DNA from: an uncultured Ignavibacteria bacterium
GTDB taxonomy: Bacteria > Zixibacteria > MSB-5A5 > CAIYYT01
Assembly: GCA_964537215.1 (NCBI GenBank)
Contig: CAZIBI010000002.1
Coordinates: 64,001-128,000 of the forward strand
Length of the DNA: 64,000 bases
Direction of reading: 5' to 3'
Within the stretch, counting starts at the first letter, position 1, and every line of letters begins with the position of its first letter. Positions 1 through 8,261 of the stretch are shown piece by piece. Below the pieces are notes generated by a model. The model was not told the origin of the DNA and searched no databases. It was given only the letters and a program-made list of their open reading frames with translations. The position numbers were made by a program, and so were the translations under genes.

Positions 1-6
1 CGCAGG

Positions 7-1008
7 TTGTATGAGCACCTATCCGGAGGAGCAACGTTCCACGCTCGCGACACTATTACCCAATTTCAAATCTCAGTGCACTTTCGAAATTGGCTTGATG
101 GAACTCCCGAGGCAGTGAGAGAACTGGAAGCTACAGACGTAGTACTTGGAGATCTTCATAAGTGGCAGGATAGACTGAATATCTCTGTGGATCTGGGTGT
201 TAGTGAAGGAGAGGTAGAAGAACTCCGAGAAACACGAGACCGAATGTATGCTGAAATGAAAGCGATTTTCGAGCGCTGGAGAGACGAGAAAGGGTACACG
301 TTTAAAGATCGGGTACTAGAGGAGGCAACCTCCTTTGGCAGGGCAACGTTTCAGAACTACATCCAATATTTGAAGCGATTTCGTGAAATCCATGCGGGCG
401 TACGCGAGCTTGGTCCCGAAGATGTGTTTCCACCGAGTTCGCAAATGTTGATTTCTTCAATGTTGGAGGAGATGAGGGGGCGAGAGATGACAATAGAAGT
501 GCAAATGCAGAAGCTCAGCGAATATTTTGCGGCTGAAAGTATCCTCGAAATCCCGTTCATCAGAATTTCTTCAATCTTGTATGCATCGATTGCACGCAAG
601 AGTGCTGCAGGGCAAATACGTCCACCGAGCCGAGGTGCATTTACCGACATAAATGCAATCGCAAGCATCTTGCCGTATGTCGACGCTATGTTCGTAGACG
701 ATGAAAATGCTGCTTACCTGAACGAGCGACCGGCATCAGAAATGCTTGGGTACCAGACAAAGATCTTCTCAAATAACACGCGAGAAGAGTTCTTGGCTTA
801 TCTCGAGAAAATCGAAAGGGATGCAGATCCAAAGCAACTTGAACTAGTCCGCGAGATTTATGGAGAATGCGAACCGTATCTAAGTATTTTAGTGGATGAC
901 CGTGCCAAACGAGAGAGTGAACCACCAAAGAAATTGCGACCTTCGATCGAACAAAGCTTAAAGGAGGTAAAACAGCGTCTGCAAAGAGGTGGCGACCAGA
1001 CTCCTTGA
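7..1008 (+). CDS. Hypothetical protein, 5'-partial. The reading frame is open to the window start and the first listed codon is TTG. No recognisable domain.
   Basis: Long ORF of 333 aa with coding-like composition. It lies immediately upstream of direct repeat A and the RloC-like ATPase gene. No motif recognised by eye. Confidence 0.55.
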   Translation: MYEHLSGGATFHARDTITQFQISVHFRNWLDGTPEAVRELEATDVVLGDLHKWQDRLNISVDLGVSEGEVEELRETRDRMYAEMKAIFERWRDEKGYTFKDRVLEEATSFGRATFQNYIQYLKRFREIHAGVRELGPEDVFPPSSQMLISSMLEEMRGREMTIEVQMQKLSEYFAAESILEIPFIRISSILYASIARKSAAGQIRPPSRGAFTDINAIASILPYVDAMFVDDENAAYLNERPASEMLGYQTKIFSNNTREEFLAYLEKIERDADPKQLELVREIYGECEPYLSILVDDRAKRESEPPKKLRPSIEQSLKEVKQRLQRGGDQTP

Positions 1009-1039
1009 AATTTTTCACGCTTGCAATTGGGGTACTCAA

Positions 1040-1250
1040 GTTATCCACAGTTTGTGAGGAATATCGCTACTAATCGACAATTGATCGTTCAACTGGACGT
1101 GGCTATGCTGCATTTACCGCTCAATCAGTTATCCGCGATAATGCGACACTCTCCAGCGTCTGTTTGAACGTGGGTCGACCGGGGTTCAAGAGGTAAAAGG
1201 TTCGAACATCCTTCACCAGGGTGAACCAATGAGTTCCCAAGTATATGTTT
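1040..1250. repeat. Direct repeat A. An imperfect (~85% identical) copy of the 3' end plus downstream region of the serine recombinase gene; partner of repeat B at 3767-3957.
   Basis: Both start gttatccacag..gtgaggaatatcgctac..tcgacaattgatc and both end ...gtttgaacgtgggtcgaccggggtt.a..aggtaaaa.gttcgaacatccttcaccagggtgaacca. Similarity stops sharply after ggtgaacca in both copies. Confidence 0.85.
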
Positions 1251-1260
1251 TTCCTCATTA
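1121..1260 (-). pseudogene. Truncated remnant (C-terminal ~40 codons) of a serine recombinase gene inside repeat A.
   Basis: The minus-strand ORF fragment encodes ...WFTLVKDVRTFYLLNPGRPTFKQTLESVALSRITD. This is near-identical to the C-terminus of the intact 553-aa recombinase (…WFTLVKDVRTFYLLNPGRPTFKQTLEGVALSRLTD). There is no upstream catalytic domain. Confidence 0.6.
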
Positions 1261-1431
1261 CCTGTGGACAACGTATATCCGACGAAATCGGCGATTTTGG
1301 CACGACTTGACATTGACTTTTATGGTGTTTAGTAGCAAGTTGAACATAAGATCGTCAAAGGGAATCGTCTAATGAGCAAATTGACCAAATGCAAGACTCC
1401 ACTTTTCTAATAGGATTGGGCCTACGCACTA

Positions 1432-3729
1432 ATGATTAGAAGGATCAAGAAGATTCGGAATTTGGGATTGGTGTTCTCGAATTACTCTGAGAAAGCTACA
1501 CTCCCAGCCTTCAAGAGATTTAATCTCATTTTCGGATGGAATGGATGTGGGAAGACAACTCTGTCTCGACTCTTCGGTTCGATAAGTGGGGTAGAAAGTT
1601 CGGGCGTGGAGTACCAGCTTGAGGACGATGGCGGTGTTGTTCATAAACATGGCGACCCGTTCCCAACAAAGATTCGTGTATTCAATCAAGATTTCATTCG
1701 TGAAAATCTAAGCTTGATCGAGAGTCGAGCAAAAACGATTTCTCTGATTCTCGGGAAGGAGAATCAGAGCCTATTGAAGCAAATCGAGAAGGACAGGCTG
1801 CTGCTTGAAGGTGACCCCACGAATGGCACGCAAGGCAAATTGTCATTGTTTGCAGCCAGTGAAAAAGAGGTCACACAAGCCGAAAGTGCACGAGCAAATA
1901 CATTCACCGAAGTCGCAAGAACAGTGGGCGCTGCGATCGGTGGTAATGCACTTCGAGATTACAGACGGCCGCAGGCGGAAAGTGATTTCAATGGCATGCC
2001 TGCCAAGGCCGAGCTAACCGCAGTAGAACTGGAAAAGCAATTATTATCAGTCAAACAGCTCTCACTGTCCGAGATTGCAACTCTCTCACTTCCTAAAGTG
2101 TCCTTGTCCGATAAACAAGTCCAACATGAATTGTCTAATTTAGCAGGATTGATCAGTTCAAAGTCCAAAGAACTCCAAAGTCGAACCGTAGATTCTGAGA
2201 TTGTCGAGCGTCTTACTTCGAATCCTGATATTTCGGAGTGGGTCGAAGCCGGGCTGATTTTGCACCAGAAGCACTCGTCAAATAAGTGCGAGTACTGCAT
2301 GCAGCAAGTACCAATAAAGCGATCTGAGGAACTTGCACGCCACTTTAATGAAGCGGACAGACGGTTGAAGGAAGAAGTACGGGAGTCAATATCCGACTTG
2401 ACCAGTTTGCGAGAAGTAGTTGGCTCACTACGAATTCCGGATAAAGCGCGATTCTATACTGCACTTCAGGTTGATTTCCAAGCGAAGGCCAGTGCTTTTG
2501 AACGAGAGAAGACAGCGGCAGTCCGAAGTATTGATTCTTGCACTGAAGAACTAGTTGAAAAACTGAAAAAGACAACTGAATCAGTGATTGCTAAAGAGAA
2601 ACTAGACCTTGAGTCCCTTACAACTACTATTGGTCAGATTAATCTGTCAATTGATGCTCACAATAAGATTACAAACGATTTTGATAGCGTAAGAAATGAA
2701 GCCATCAAGAAATTGAAACAACATTATCTAAGTACAATCTATGATGGTGTAAGACAGCTGGATGGCGAGATCGCGACCAAATCAACATCAAGGGATCAAC
2801 TCAAGGCAGAGATTGATACGTTGAAAGCGAGTATTACTGACAATTTGGCAAAAATGTCATCAACTCAAAAAGCATGTGAAGAAATCAATCAGCGCCTTCG
2901 GACATTCCTTGGACACAGCGAATTGAGTTTTGTCCCACATAACGAGCAACGGACGAAGGACGACGGAACGATGGAAGAAGTAACATCGGGATACGATATT
3001 ATGCGAGGGAACGATCCGGCCACACTGTTGAGCGAAGGCGAAAAGACAGCCGTGGCATTTGCCTATTTTGTCGTCCAGCTCGCTGATCAGGAATTTGATG
3101 TCAGCGAAGGGATCATCGTAATAGATGACCCAATCTCAAGTCTAGATTCAAATTCGTTGTACCAAGCTTTTAGTTTCTTGAAGAACGCGGTCAAGGAGAG
3201 CAAGCAGGTCTTCATACTCACGCACAACTTTGAATTTCTGAAGTTGTTAATTAACTGGCTAAAGGGCGCAAGGGCCGATGCTGGTTACTATATGATAAAG
3301 AATCGCTACCAGGATGGGGTACGAAGTGCATATATCGATGCGATGGATAAAGAACTCTTCGACTATGAATCTGAATATCACTACTTGTTCAAGCTCCTAA
3401 AGCAGCTCAGTCTCGATCAAGACGGCACGCTTGCCAAAGCATATCCAGTTCCGAATATTGCAAGAAAAGTCTGGGAGACATTCTTAATGTTCAGGGTTCC
3501 TAATAGTAAGTCCCAATACATGAAAATGGATGAGTTGAAAAAGGCGGGACTCGATGCAGTTAAGTTGGATTCGATATATAAGTTCACCAATGACCAGTCC
3601 CACATCACTGGATCCGGTTTGAACCCGGCATTGGTTCCACAAGCAACAAAAGTGATCAATGAGATGTTTGAGATGATGGCGGCGGGCGCCCCAGATCATT
3701 TTCGGATTCTTGATGATGCTACGAATTAG
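1432..3729 (+). CDS. AAA_13-family ABC-type ATPase with a coiled-coil insert and CxxC zinc hook. RloC/PrrC-like putative tRNA anticodon nuclease or abortive-infection ATPase.
   Basis: The N-terminus NLGLVFSNYSEK...FKRFNLIFGWNGCGKTTLSRLF carries the Walker A motif. IRVFNQDF is the Q-loop region. A long coiled coil contains HSSNKCEYCMQQV (CxxC). The ABC signature is LSEGEKTAVAFAYF, Walker B is IIVIDDPISSLD and the H-loop is FILTHNFEF. The C-terminal domain has ARKVWE (R-x3-E) followed 42 residues later by NDQSH. Confidence 0.8.
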   Translation: MIRRIKKIRNLGLVFSNYSEKATLPAFKRFNLIFGWNGCGKTTLSRLFGSISGVESSGVEYQLEDDGGVVHKHGDPFPTKIRVFNQDFIRENLSLIESRAKTISLILGKENQSLLKQIEKDRLLLEGDPTNGTQGKLSLFAASEKEVTQAESARANTFTEVARTVGAAIGGNALRDYRRPQAESDFNGMPAKAELTAVELEKQLLSVKQLSLSEIATLSLPKVSLSDKQVQHELSNLAGLISSKSKELQSRTVDSEIVERLTSNPDISEWVEAGLILHQKHSSNKCEYCMQQVPIKRSEELARHFNEADRRLKEEVRESISDLTSLREVVGSLRIPDKARFYTALQVDFQAKASAFEREKTAAVRSIDSCTEELVEKLKKTTESVIAKEKLDLESLTTTIGQINLSIDAHNKITNDFDSVRNEAIKKLKQHYLSTIYDGVRQLDGEIATKSTSRDQLKAEIDTLKASITDNLAKMSSTQKACEEINQRLRTFLGHSELSFVPHNEQRTKDDGTMEEVTSGYDIMRGNDPATLLSEGEKTAVAFAYFVVQLADQEFDVSEGIIVIDDPISSLDSNSLYQAFSFLKNAVKESKQVFILTHNFEFLKLLINWLKGARADAGYYMIKNRYQDGVRSAYIDAMDKELFDYESEYHYLFKLLKQLSLDQDGTLAKAYPVPNIARKVWETFLMFRVPNSKSQYMKMDELKKAGLDAVKLDSIYKFTNDQSHITGSGLNPALVPQATKVINEMFEMMAAGAPDHFRILDDATN

Positions 3730-3766
3730 TCTTCAGAGTTACTTTCACCAGAGGGTAAATTAGAGT

Positions 3767-3957
3767 GGTTATCCACAGGTAGTGAGGAATATCGCTACTT
3801 TTCGACAATTGATCATTTAGATAGACGAGCTACGATGACTTCACCGCTCAATCTGTCAGTCGCGATAATGCAACACCTTCAAGTGTTTGTTTGAACGTGG
3901 GTCGACCGGGGTTTAGCAGGTAAAAAGTTCGAACATCCTTCACCAGGGTGAACCAGC
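3767..3957. repeat. Direct repeat B. It overlaps the last ~110 bp of the serine recombinase coding sequence plus ~80 bp downstream of its stop codon.
   Basis: Alignable to 1040-1250 over ~195 bp at ~85% identity. Confidence 0.85.
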
Positions 3958-5509
3958 TCGAAATTCCAGCCCGGACAGGGGTAGCAACTGCTTTAGGCAA
4001 AGCACGAATCAGTGGTTCGAACTGCAGCTTTTGCACCGCATGAGAGAGAAGCGCGTTCTGGATCAACTTGAACGGTTTTTCCGGCTGAATACTGAGGATA
4101 CCGTCCTTTAGGGAAAGTTTCGAACCGCAGTGCCGGAGTATTGCTCGCTTCTGTTCCAGCGATCCCTGATCAAACTGCTCTTGCGCTCTGGAAGCAAATT
4201 CGAACGCGTCTTCACACGAACGGAAGACGTGGTCAAAACGACTGTCATTGTCTTCAAGCAATTCTTTCAATCGCACCCGCTCCGATTCCAGTTCGTTCTT
4301 TTTCGCCAGATATTCGTCATCACTTAGGATGTTTCGCAATCGCAAGCCGAGCAGTTCGGTGATTTCGAATTGGGAGGCCTCATACCGATGGTGAAGCGCT
4401 TTCAATGCCTTGCTGCCCTTTTCACTTTCCTCATCGTGGAGCTCGCGAAGAACCTCAAGCGTCCAGTCTCGGAGTTTTTTGCTGATGGTTAAGGAGCGCA
4501 GGAAGCTGGAAATTTGCTTTTCAAGCGCGGCACGTTCAATAACTTTTTGAGAGCAGCGGACATTGCGCTTTCGTCGGGTGCAGTGGTAATAGACATACTT
4601 ATATCCATACCGTCGATTCTTCTTGTGCTCAGCCGTGATTGCTGCACCGCACTCGCCGCAGGTAATAAGACCGGTAAAAGCGAACGTGTACTCTTGTGGT
4701 CGAGGCCGGCTGGCCAGCCCGAGGATCTCCTGAACGCGATCAAATTCGGCCTTTGTAATCATTGGCTTCTGCGACCCCGGAAAGAGCTCCTTGTTATATC
4801 GAATCGCTCCGTAGTAAAACGGGTTCGTCAGAATACTGTAGATGGTAGAGTAATGCACGGGTCCGCCGCCGTAACGCGAAAACTGTCGCGTTCGCAGCCC
4901 CAGCTGATTTGTTGCGACTTCCAGCACACCCATTGGGGTATACGTTCCTGTGAGCATGAGATCCCACATCTTGCGAACCAGCAGAAATCGTTCTGGATCA
5001 GGAATGACCGTTCGGGAATTGCGGTCATTCAAATATCCCAAGGGCGGCAAACCAGGCATCCAGCCCGATGCGATCTTGGCGCGAAGTCCGCGCTTCACAT
5101 TGTCTGATAGATCGTCCACATATTTTTTTGCCATCCCAAATTCGAGCTGCATCCAGAACTTATCGTTACCCGTGTTAAGGAAACTTCGTTGCGCCGTATG
5201 GATCGCTTTGAGATGCCCTTCTTCCATTGCCCAGATAAGCGCACCGCCATCGACAGGGTTTCGCGCCAGCCGGTCAAGCTTCCAACAAATGATGCCGTCA
5301 AGATCACCCTTTTGCACTTTACCGATCAGTTGCGTGAACACCGGCCGACCCGGAGCTTTAGCAGATTTCGATTCCGTAAAAACCGCATCAACCGCAAGAC
5401 CCTCCCTCCCGGCGTATTCTTGCAATTCACGAACTTGTGAATCAATCGACAGAACCTGTCTGTCCTCTGATTCACTCGACTTACGTGCGTAGATCGCGAT
5501 TTTCGGCAT
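3848..5509 (-). CDS. Large serine recombinase (resolvase/invertase-type catalytic domain, recombinase domain, zinc ribbon).
   Basis: The N-terminus is MPKIAIYARKSSESEDRQVLSIDSQ with the catalytic Ser. The motif ...WKLDRLARN follows. The central recombinase domain and the C-terminal Cys cluster CGECGAAI...YYHCTRRKR are present. Length is 553 aa. Confidence 0.9.
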   Translation of the reverse strand: MPKIAIYARKSSESEDRQVLSIDSQVRELQEYAGREGLAVDAVFTESKSAKAPGRPVFTQLIGKVQKGDLDGIICWKLDRLARNPVDGGALIWAMEEGHLKAIHTAQRSFLNTGNDKFWMQLEFGMAKKYVDDLSDNVKRGLRAKIASGWMPGLPPLGYLNDRNSRTVIPDPERFLLVRKMWDLMLTGTYTPMGVLEVATNQLGLRTRQFSRYGGGPVHYSTIYSILTNPFYYGAIRYNKELFPGSQKPMITKAEFDRVQEILGLASRPRPQEYTFAFTGLITCGECGAAITAEHKKNRRYGYKYVYYHCTRRKRNVRCSQKVIERAALEKQISSFLRSLTISKKLRDWTLEVLRELHDEESEKGSKALKALHHRYEASQFEITELLGLRLRNILSDDEYLAKKNELESERVRLKELLEDNDSRFDHVFRSCEDAFEFASRAQEQFDQGSLEQKRAILRHCGSKLSLKDGILSIQPEKPFKLIQNALLSHAVQKLQFEPLIRALPKAVATPVRAGISSWFTLVKDVRTFYLLNPGRPTFKQTLEGVALSRLTD

Positions 5510-5769
5510 GGGAGATTATGGTAAGTAGTCTAACTGTACCAAGCCGGCAGCCGAAGACACAACTTCTAAGATGTTCGAACCTTTTTGTCGTCGTCAGGGG
5601 ACTTGTGGAGTAATAGTCGGAACAGATTTGTGAGCCGCAAAGCCATCGCCCACGCCTCTTTGTCGTTCAATTCACAGTGAAACTCTTGCCTATAGATGCA
5701 TTTGAGCTGATCGATATGGTGTTGCTGAAGTGGCATAGTCAGCACAGTATGGAGGATTGAACACCGGTG

Positions 5770-5975
5770 AAAAGTGAGGAATATCACCTAAAAGGAACTT
5801 CGGGGTGTGGATAACCCGAATTGGGTACTATTTCCGAAGATACCGCAAGCTTGTTGGTCCTCTCATTTGAATTGCCAGCGTTCGGTTACTCTTCGGCGGC
5901 GAAACCGGAAATGCATTTTTGCGAACAATTCCTCACTGATGTCCACAGGAGCAAGTTCTTTTCGACAATTGAAGG
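5770..5975. promoter_or_regulatory. Cluster of short motifs shared with repeats A and B, lying in the region between the recombinase start codon and the HTH gene. Candidate recombinase binding or recombination subsites.
   Basis: agtgaggaatatc at ~5773-5785. tgtggataacc (inverted copy of ggttatccaca) at ~5806-5816. attcctcac (inverted gtgaggaat) at ~5929. tccacagg plus cttttcgacaattga at ~5942-5974. The same tccacag..ttttcgacaattga arrangement occurs at 1043-1084 and 3771-3813. Confidence 0.4.
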
Positions 5976-6018
5976 GGTTTTGTCATGGGATTACGCTAAT
6001 TTTGCACTCTTAAAACCC

Positions 6019-6297
6019 ATGCTACGTCCCATAAACAACCGCGTTCCGAACAGTATCCGATATTACCGGCGTCGTGCCAATATGCGGCTCTTTGAGTTGG
6101 CACACTACGTCGGAATTTCGAGTCCGGCAAACCTGGCGAATTGGGAAATGGGCAGGAAGATGCCATCAGCCGACAATCTACTGAAACTCTCCGCGGTGCT
6201 CATGGTGCCGCCGGAAATTCTCTTTCTCGGTCGCCTGAAACAACTCCGTGAACAAATCAAAGCTCGCAAAGATCAACCAATAAAGAAACCACTATGA
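6019..6297 (+). CDS. XRE-family helix-turn-helix DNA-binding protein.
   Basis: IRYYRRRANMRLFELAHYVGISSPANLANWEMGRKMPSADNLLKLSAVLMV fits the XRE HTH pattern. The stop codon overlaps the start of the next ORF (ctATGAgc). Confidence 0.6.
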   Translation: MLRPINNRVPNSIRYYRRRANMRLFELAHYVGISSPANLANWEMGRKMPSADNLLKLSAVLMVPPEILFLGRLKQLREQIKARKDQPIKKPL

Positions 6298-6551
6298 GCA
6301 CGAATCTCCCGATTCCATTCGTTCCGAAAAGTGCTGCAGATGCCCTGGCGCTCCAGATCGCGCAGTCGTTCGATGACGAAGAGCGATTGCCTATTTATCG
6401 GCGTGCGTGTGCCACTCATAATCAGAGTGTGGTGTATCGAGCTTATCGTGAGGCTCTACAGGTGCCGGCAGAGAAGGTGCGGAAATCGCGACGAGCCATT
6501 TTCTTCTTCATCCTGCACACCTATGAAGACGAAAATAGTGCTCGGCATTGA
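6294..6551 (+). CDS. Small hypothetical protein (85 aa), translationally coupled to the HTH and RuvC-like genes.
   Basis: ORF overlaps both neighbours (ATGA overlap upstream, ~29-bp overlap downstream). No recognisable motif. Confidence 0.4.
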   Translation: MSTNLPIPFVPKSAADALALQIAQSFDDEERLPIYRRACATHNQSVVYRAYREALQVPAEKVRKSRRAIFFFILHTYEDENSARH

Positions 6552-7047
6552 CTATGGTACGCGTGAATTTGGCTACGCCACTTTCCACGATGGCCGACTG
6601 CAGGATTGGAATGTCAAGTCGTTGCGCCGGACATTACCTCGACGAGATCGACTCATTGTCCTCCGACACGCATTCACAAGATTATTAATTGATACCCAGC
6701 CAGGGGTGATGGCAATGACAAGACACGAAACTGCCCACAACGACAAGCTGCAGATTATGCCAAAAGTCGACAGGATTATGAAATCCATCGCTGCCGAGCG
6801 CAGCATAGCAATTCATCAGTTTGACCCGGTGACTGTCAAGAAAGCTGTTACCGGCGACTCCAAAGCGACGAAGCGTATGGAAGCCAAGGGGGTTGTCGCA
6901 CTCTTTCCGGAAGTCCGGCTGTATCTCAACGAGGCAGGCTGGCAAGAGCGCTACTTGCAGAGAATGTTCGGGGCGATTGCTGCCGGATCCACCTATTTCG
7001 CTCTCTTCGAGAACCCGCCAGACCATGAGCAACCTAACCAACAGTAA
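6523..7047 (+). CDS. RuvC-like (RNase H-fold) Holliday-junction resolvase family protein.
   Basis: KIVLGIDYGTREFGYATFHDGRLQ resembles the RuvC N-terminus ILGIDPGSRVTGYGV. LIDTQPGVMAMTRHE resembles the FQPDYFAIEQVF segment carrying the catalytic Glu. AVTGDSKATKRMEAKGVVALF resembles [20 protein letters not shown]. The C-terminal acidic pair is not clearly conserved. Confidence 0.5.
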   Translation: MKTKIVLGIDYGTREFGYATFHDGRLQDWNVKSLRRTLPRRDRLIVLRHAFTRLLIDTQPGVMAMTRHETAHNDKLQIMPKVDRIMKSIAAERSIAIHQFDPVTVKKAVTGDSKATKRMEAKGVVALFPEVRLYLNEAGWQERYLQRMFGAIAAGSTYFALFENPPDHEQPNQQ

Positions 7048-8023
7048 GCGGACGCGGACAACACGGCGGCCGGTTGCAATTACGATTCGCGATCGGGCAA
7101 TGCTACTTGCACTAATTGAATTTCGCGTGCTTTCGACAGAGCAGATTCGTTGGTTGTTCTTTCCTTCAATCCATCGCACGCGGAAACGACTGTACTTGCT
7201 GTGGCGCCACGGTTTCCTTCGACGAGCTACTCGCCCGACCCGAATTGGGGAAGGGTCGGCGCAATTCCTGTACGCGCTTTCGGCCAAAGGGCGGCGACTC
7301 GTTGGCGACCAGAGCCTGCGACTCCGGCCGCAGTTGACCGATCCAAAGAAATTCAGTGAACATAGCCAGCTTATCAACAACCTCCATATTTGTCTGTTGC
7401 TCGTCGAACGTGCCGCCGATGACTTTTCCGTCCGGCGGTGGGAGCAAGGCGCAAAGCTCAAAATGTTCGTCACGGCGATATCTGCGGCCATTTCAACGAC
7501 ATTGCCGATTATTCCAGATGCAATGTTTATCCTAACCTGCAGAGGCCGGGATTATTGTTTTTTCGCGGAAGTTGATCGCGGTCAAACCGACCTCAATCGA
7601 ATCGCAAGCAAATGCACCGGCTATTCATCGTTGTGGCGGCAGAAGTTACCACAACGTCAATTTGGCGTCCGGTCGTTTCGTGTACTTTACCTGACAACTG
7701 GCGGAAAGCGGCTTGTCCATATCCTCGAAAAGATCCGGGTGCAACTACGAAACTCTTCTTGCCCGGACTTGATCGCCGGTGTGAGCGGTAATGCCGTTTC
7801 GCTCCAAGAACCTGAAAGGCTCTTTTCGATGGCATGGCGGACAGTTGCCCTTTCAGGAGACATTGTTTCGAGCTGTCCGCTGCCAAGCCCTTCCTTTGTC
7901 CGCTCCCGCCAGCGCCTTGAACACCACTTGTGCGCTGACCAGAATCCTGATGCTAGCTGTAAGGAGACTCCGGGCTCGGTGGATGAGGGCAGCCCTCGTC
8001 TGCCGGGTAGCGGGAGCGGATAG
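7025..8023 (+). CDS. Replication-relaxation (Replic_Relax, PF13814-like) family protein, paralog 1.
   Basis: RDRAMLLALIEFRVLSTEQIRWLFFPSIHRTRKRLYLLWRHGFLRR is a typical winged-helix N-terminus of this family. The start overlaps the RuvC-like gene end. Chosen start is M45 of the listed ORF. Confidence 0.6.
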   Translation: MSNLTNSKRTRTTRRPVAITIRDRAMLLALIEFRVLSTEQIRWLFFPSIHRTRKRLYLLWRHGFLRRATRPTRIGEGSAQFLYALSAKGRRLVGDQSLRLRPQLTDPKKFSEHSQLINNLHICLLLVERAADDFSVRRWEQGAKLKMFVTAISAAISTTLPIIPDAMFILTCRGRDYCFFAEVDRGQTDLNRIASKCTGYSSLWRQKLPQRQFGVRSFRVLYLTTGGKRLVHILEKIRVQLRNSSCPDLIAGVSGNAVSLQEPERLFSMAWRTVALSGDIVSSCPLPSPSFVRSRQRLEHHLCADQNPDASCKETPGSVDEGSPRLPGSGSG

Positions 8024-8261
8024 GTGAAGATCGGATGGAAGTCTGTTTTTGTTTGTGGTGCCGTCGGCAACAAGTGCTATTCGACGGCCTGAATGCGCGC
8101 GTTCGTCGGTCGGCTGCGCTTCACGCCATGCTTCCGGTGGGGTCGTGGTTGGCAGGGAGTGCAAACCACGACGAAAAAGTAGCCGGGAAATAATCTCTAT
8201 TTCCCTTCTACTTTTTTCGGGGTGTAACCCCTTGTCCCACCTCCAGCATGTCGTTCGCTTT

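Noticed and set aside
1041-5815. Perfect DnaA-box 9-mers (TTATCCACA at ~1041 and ~3769; TGTGGATAA at ~5807) as a replication origin
   Set aside because: Two of the three are copies within the duplicated repeats. About 0.5 chance occurrences are expected in 64 kb. There is no AT-rich DUE or dnaA/dnaN context. They are more economically explained as part of the recombinase-site motif.
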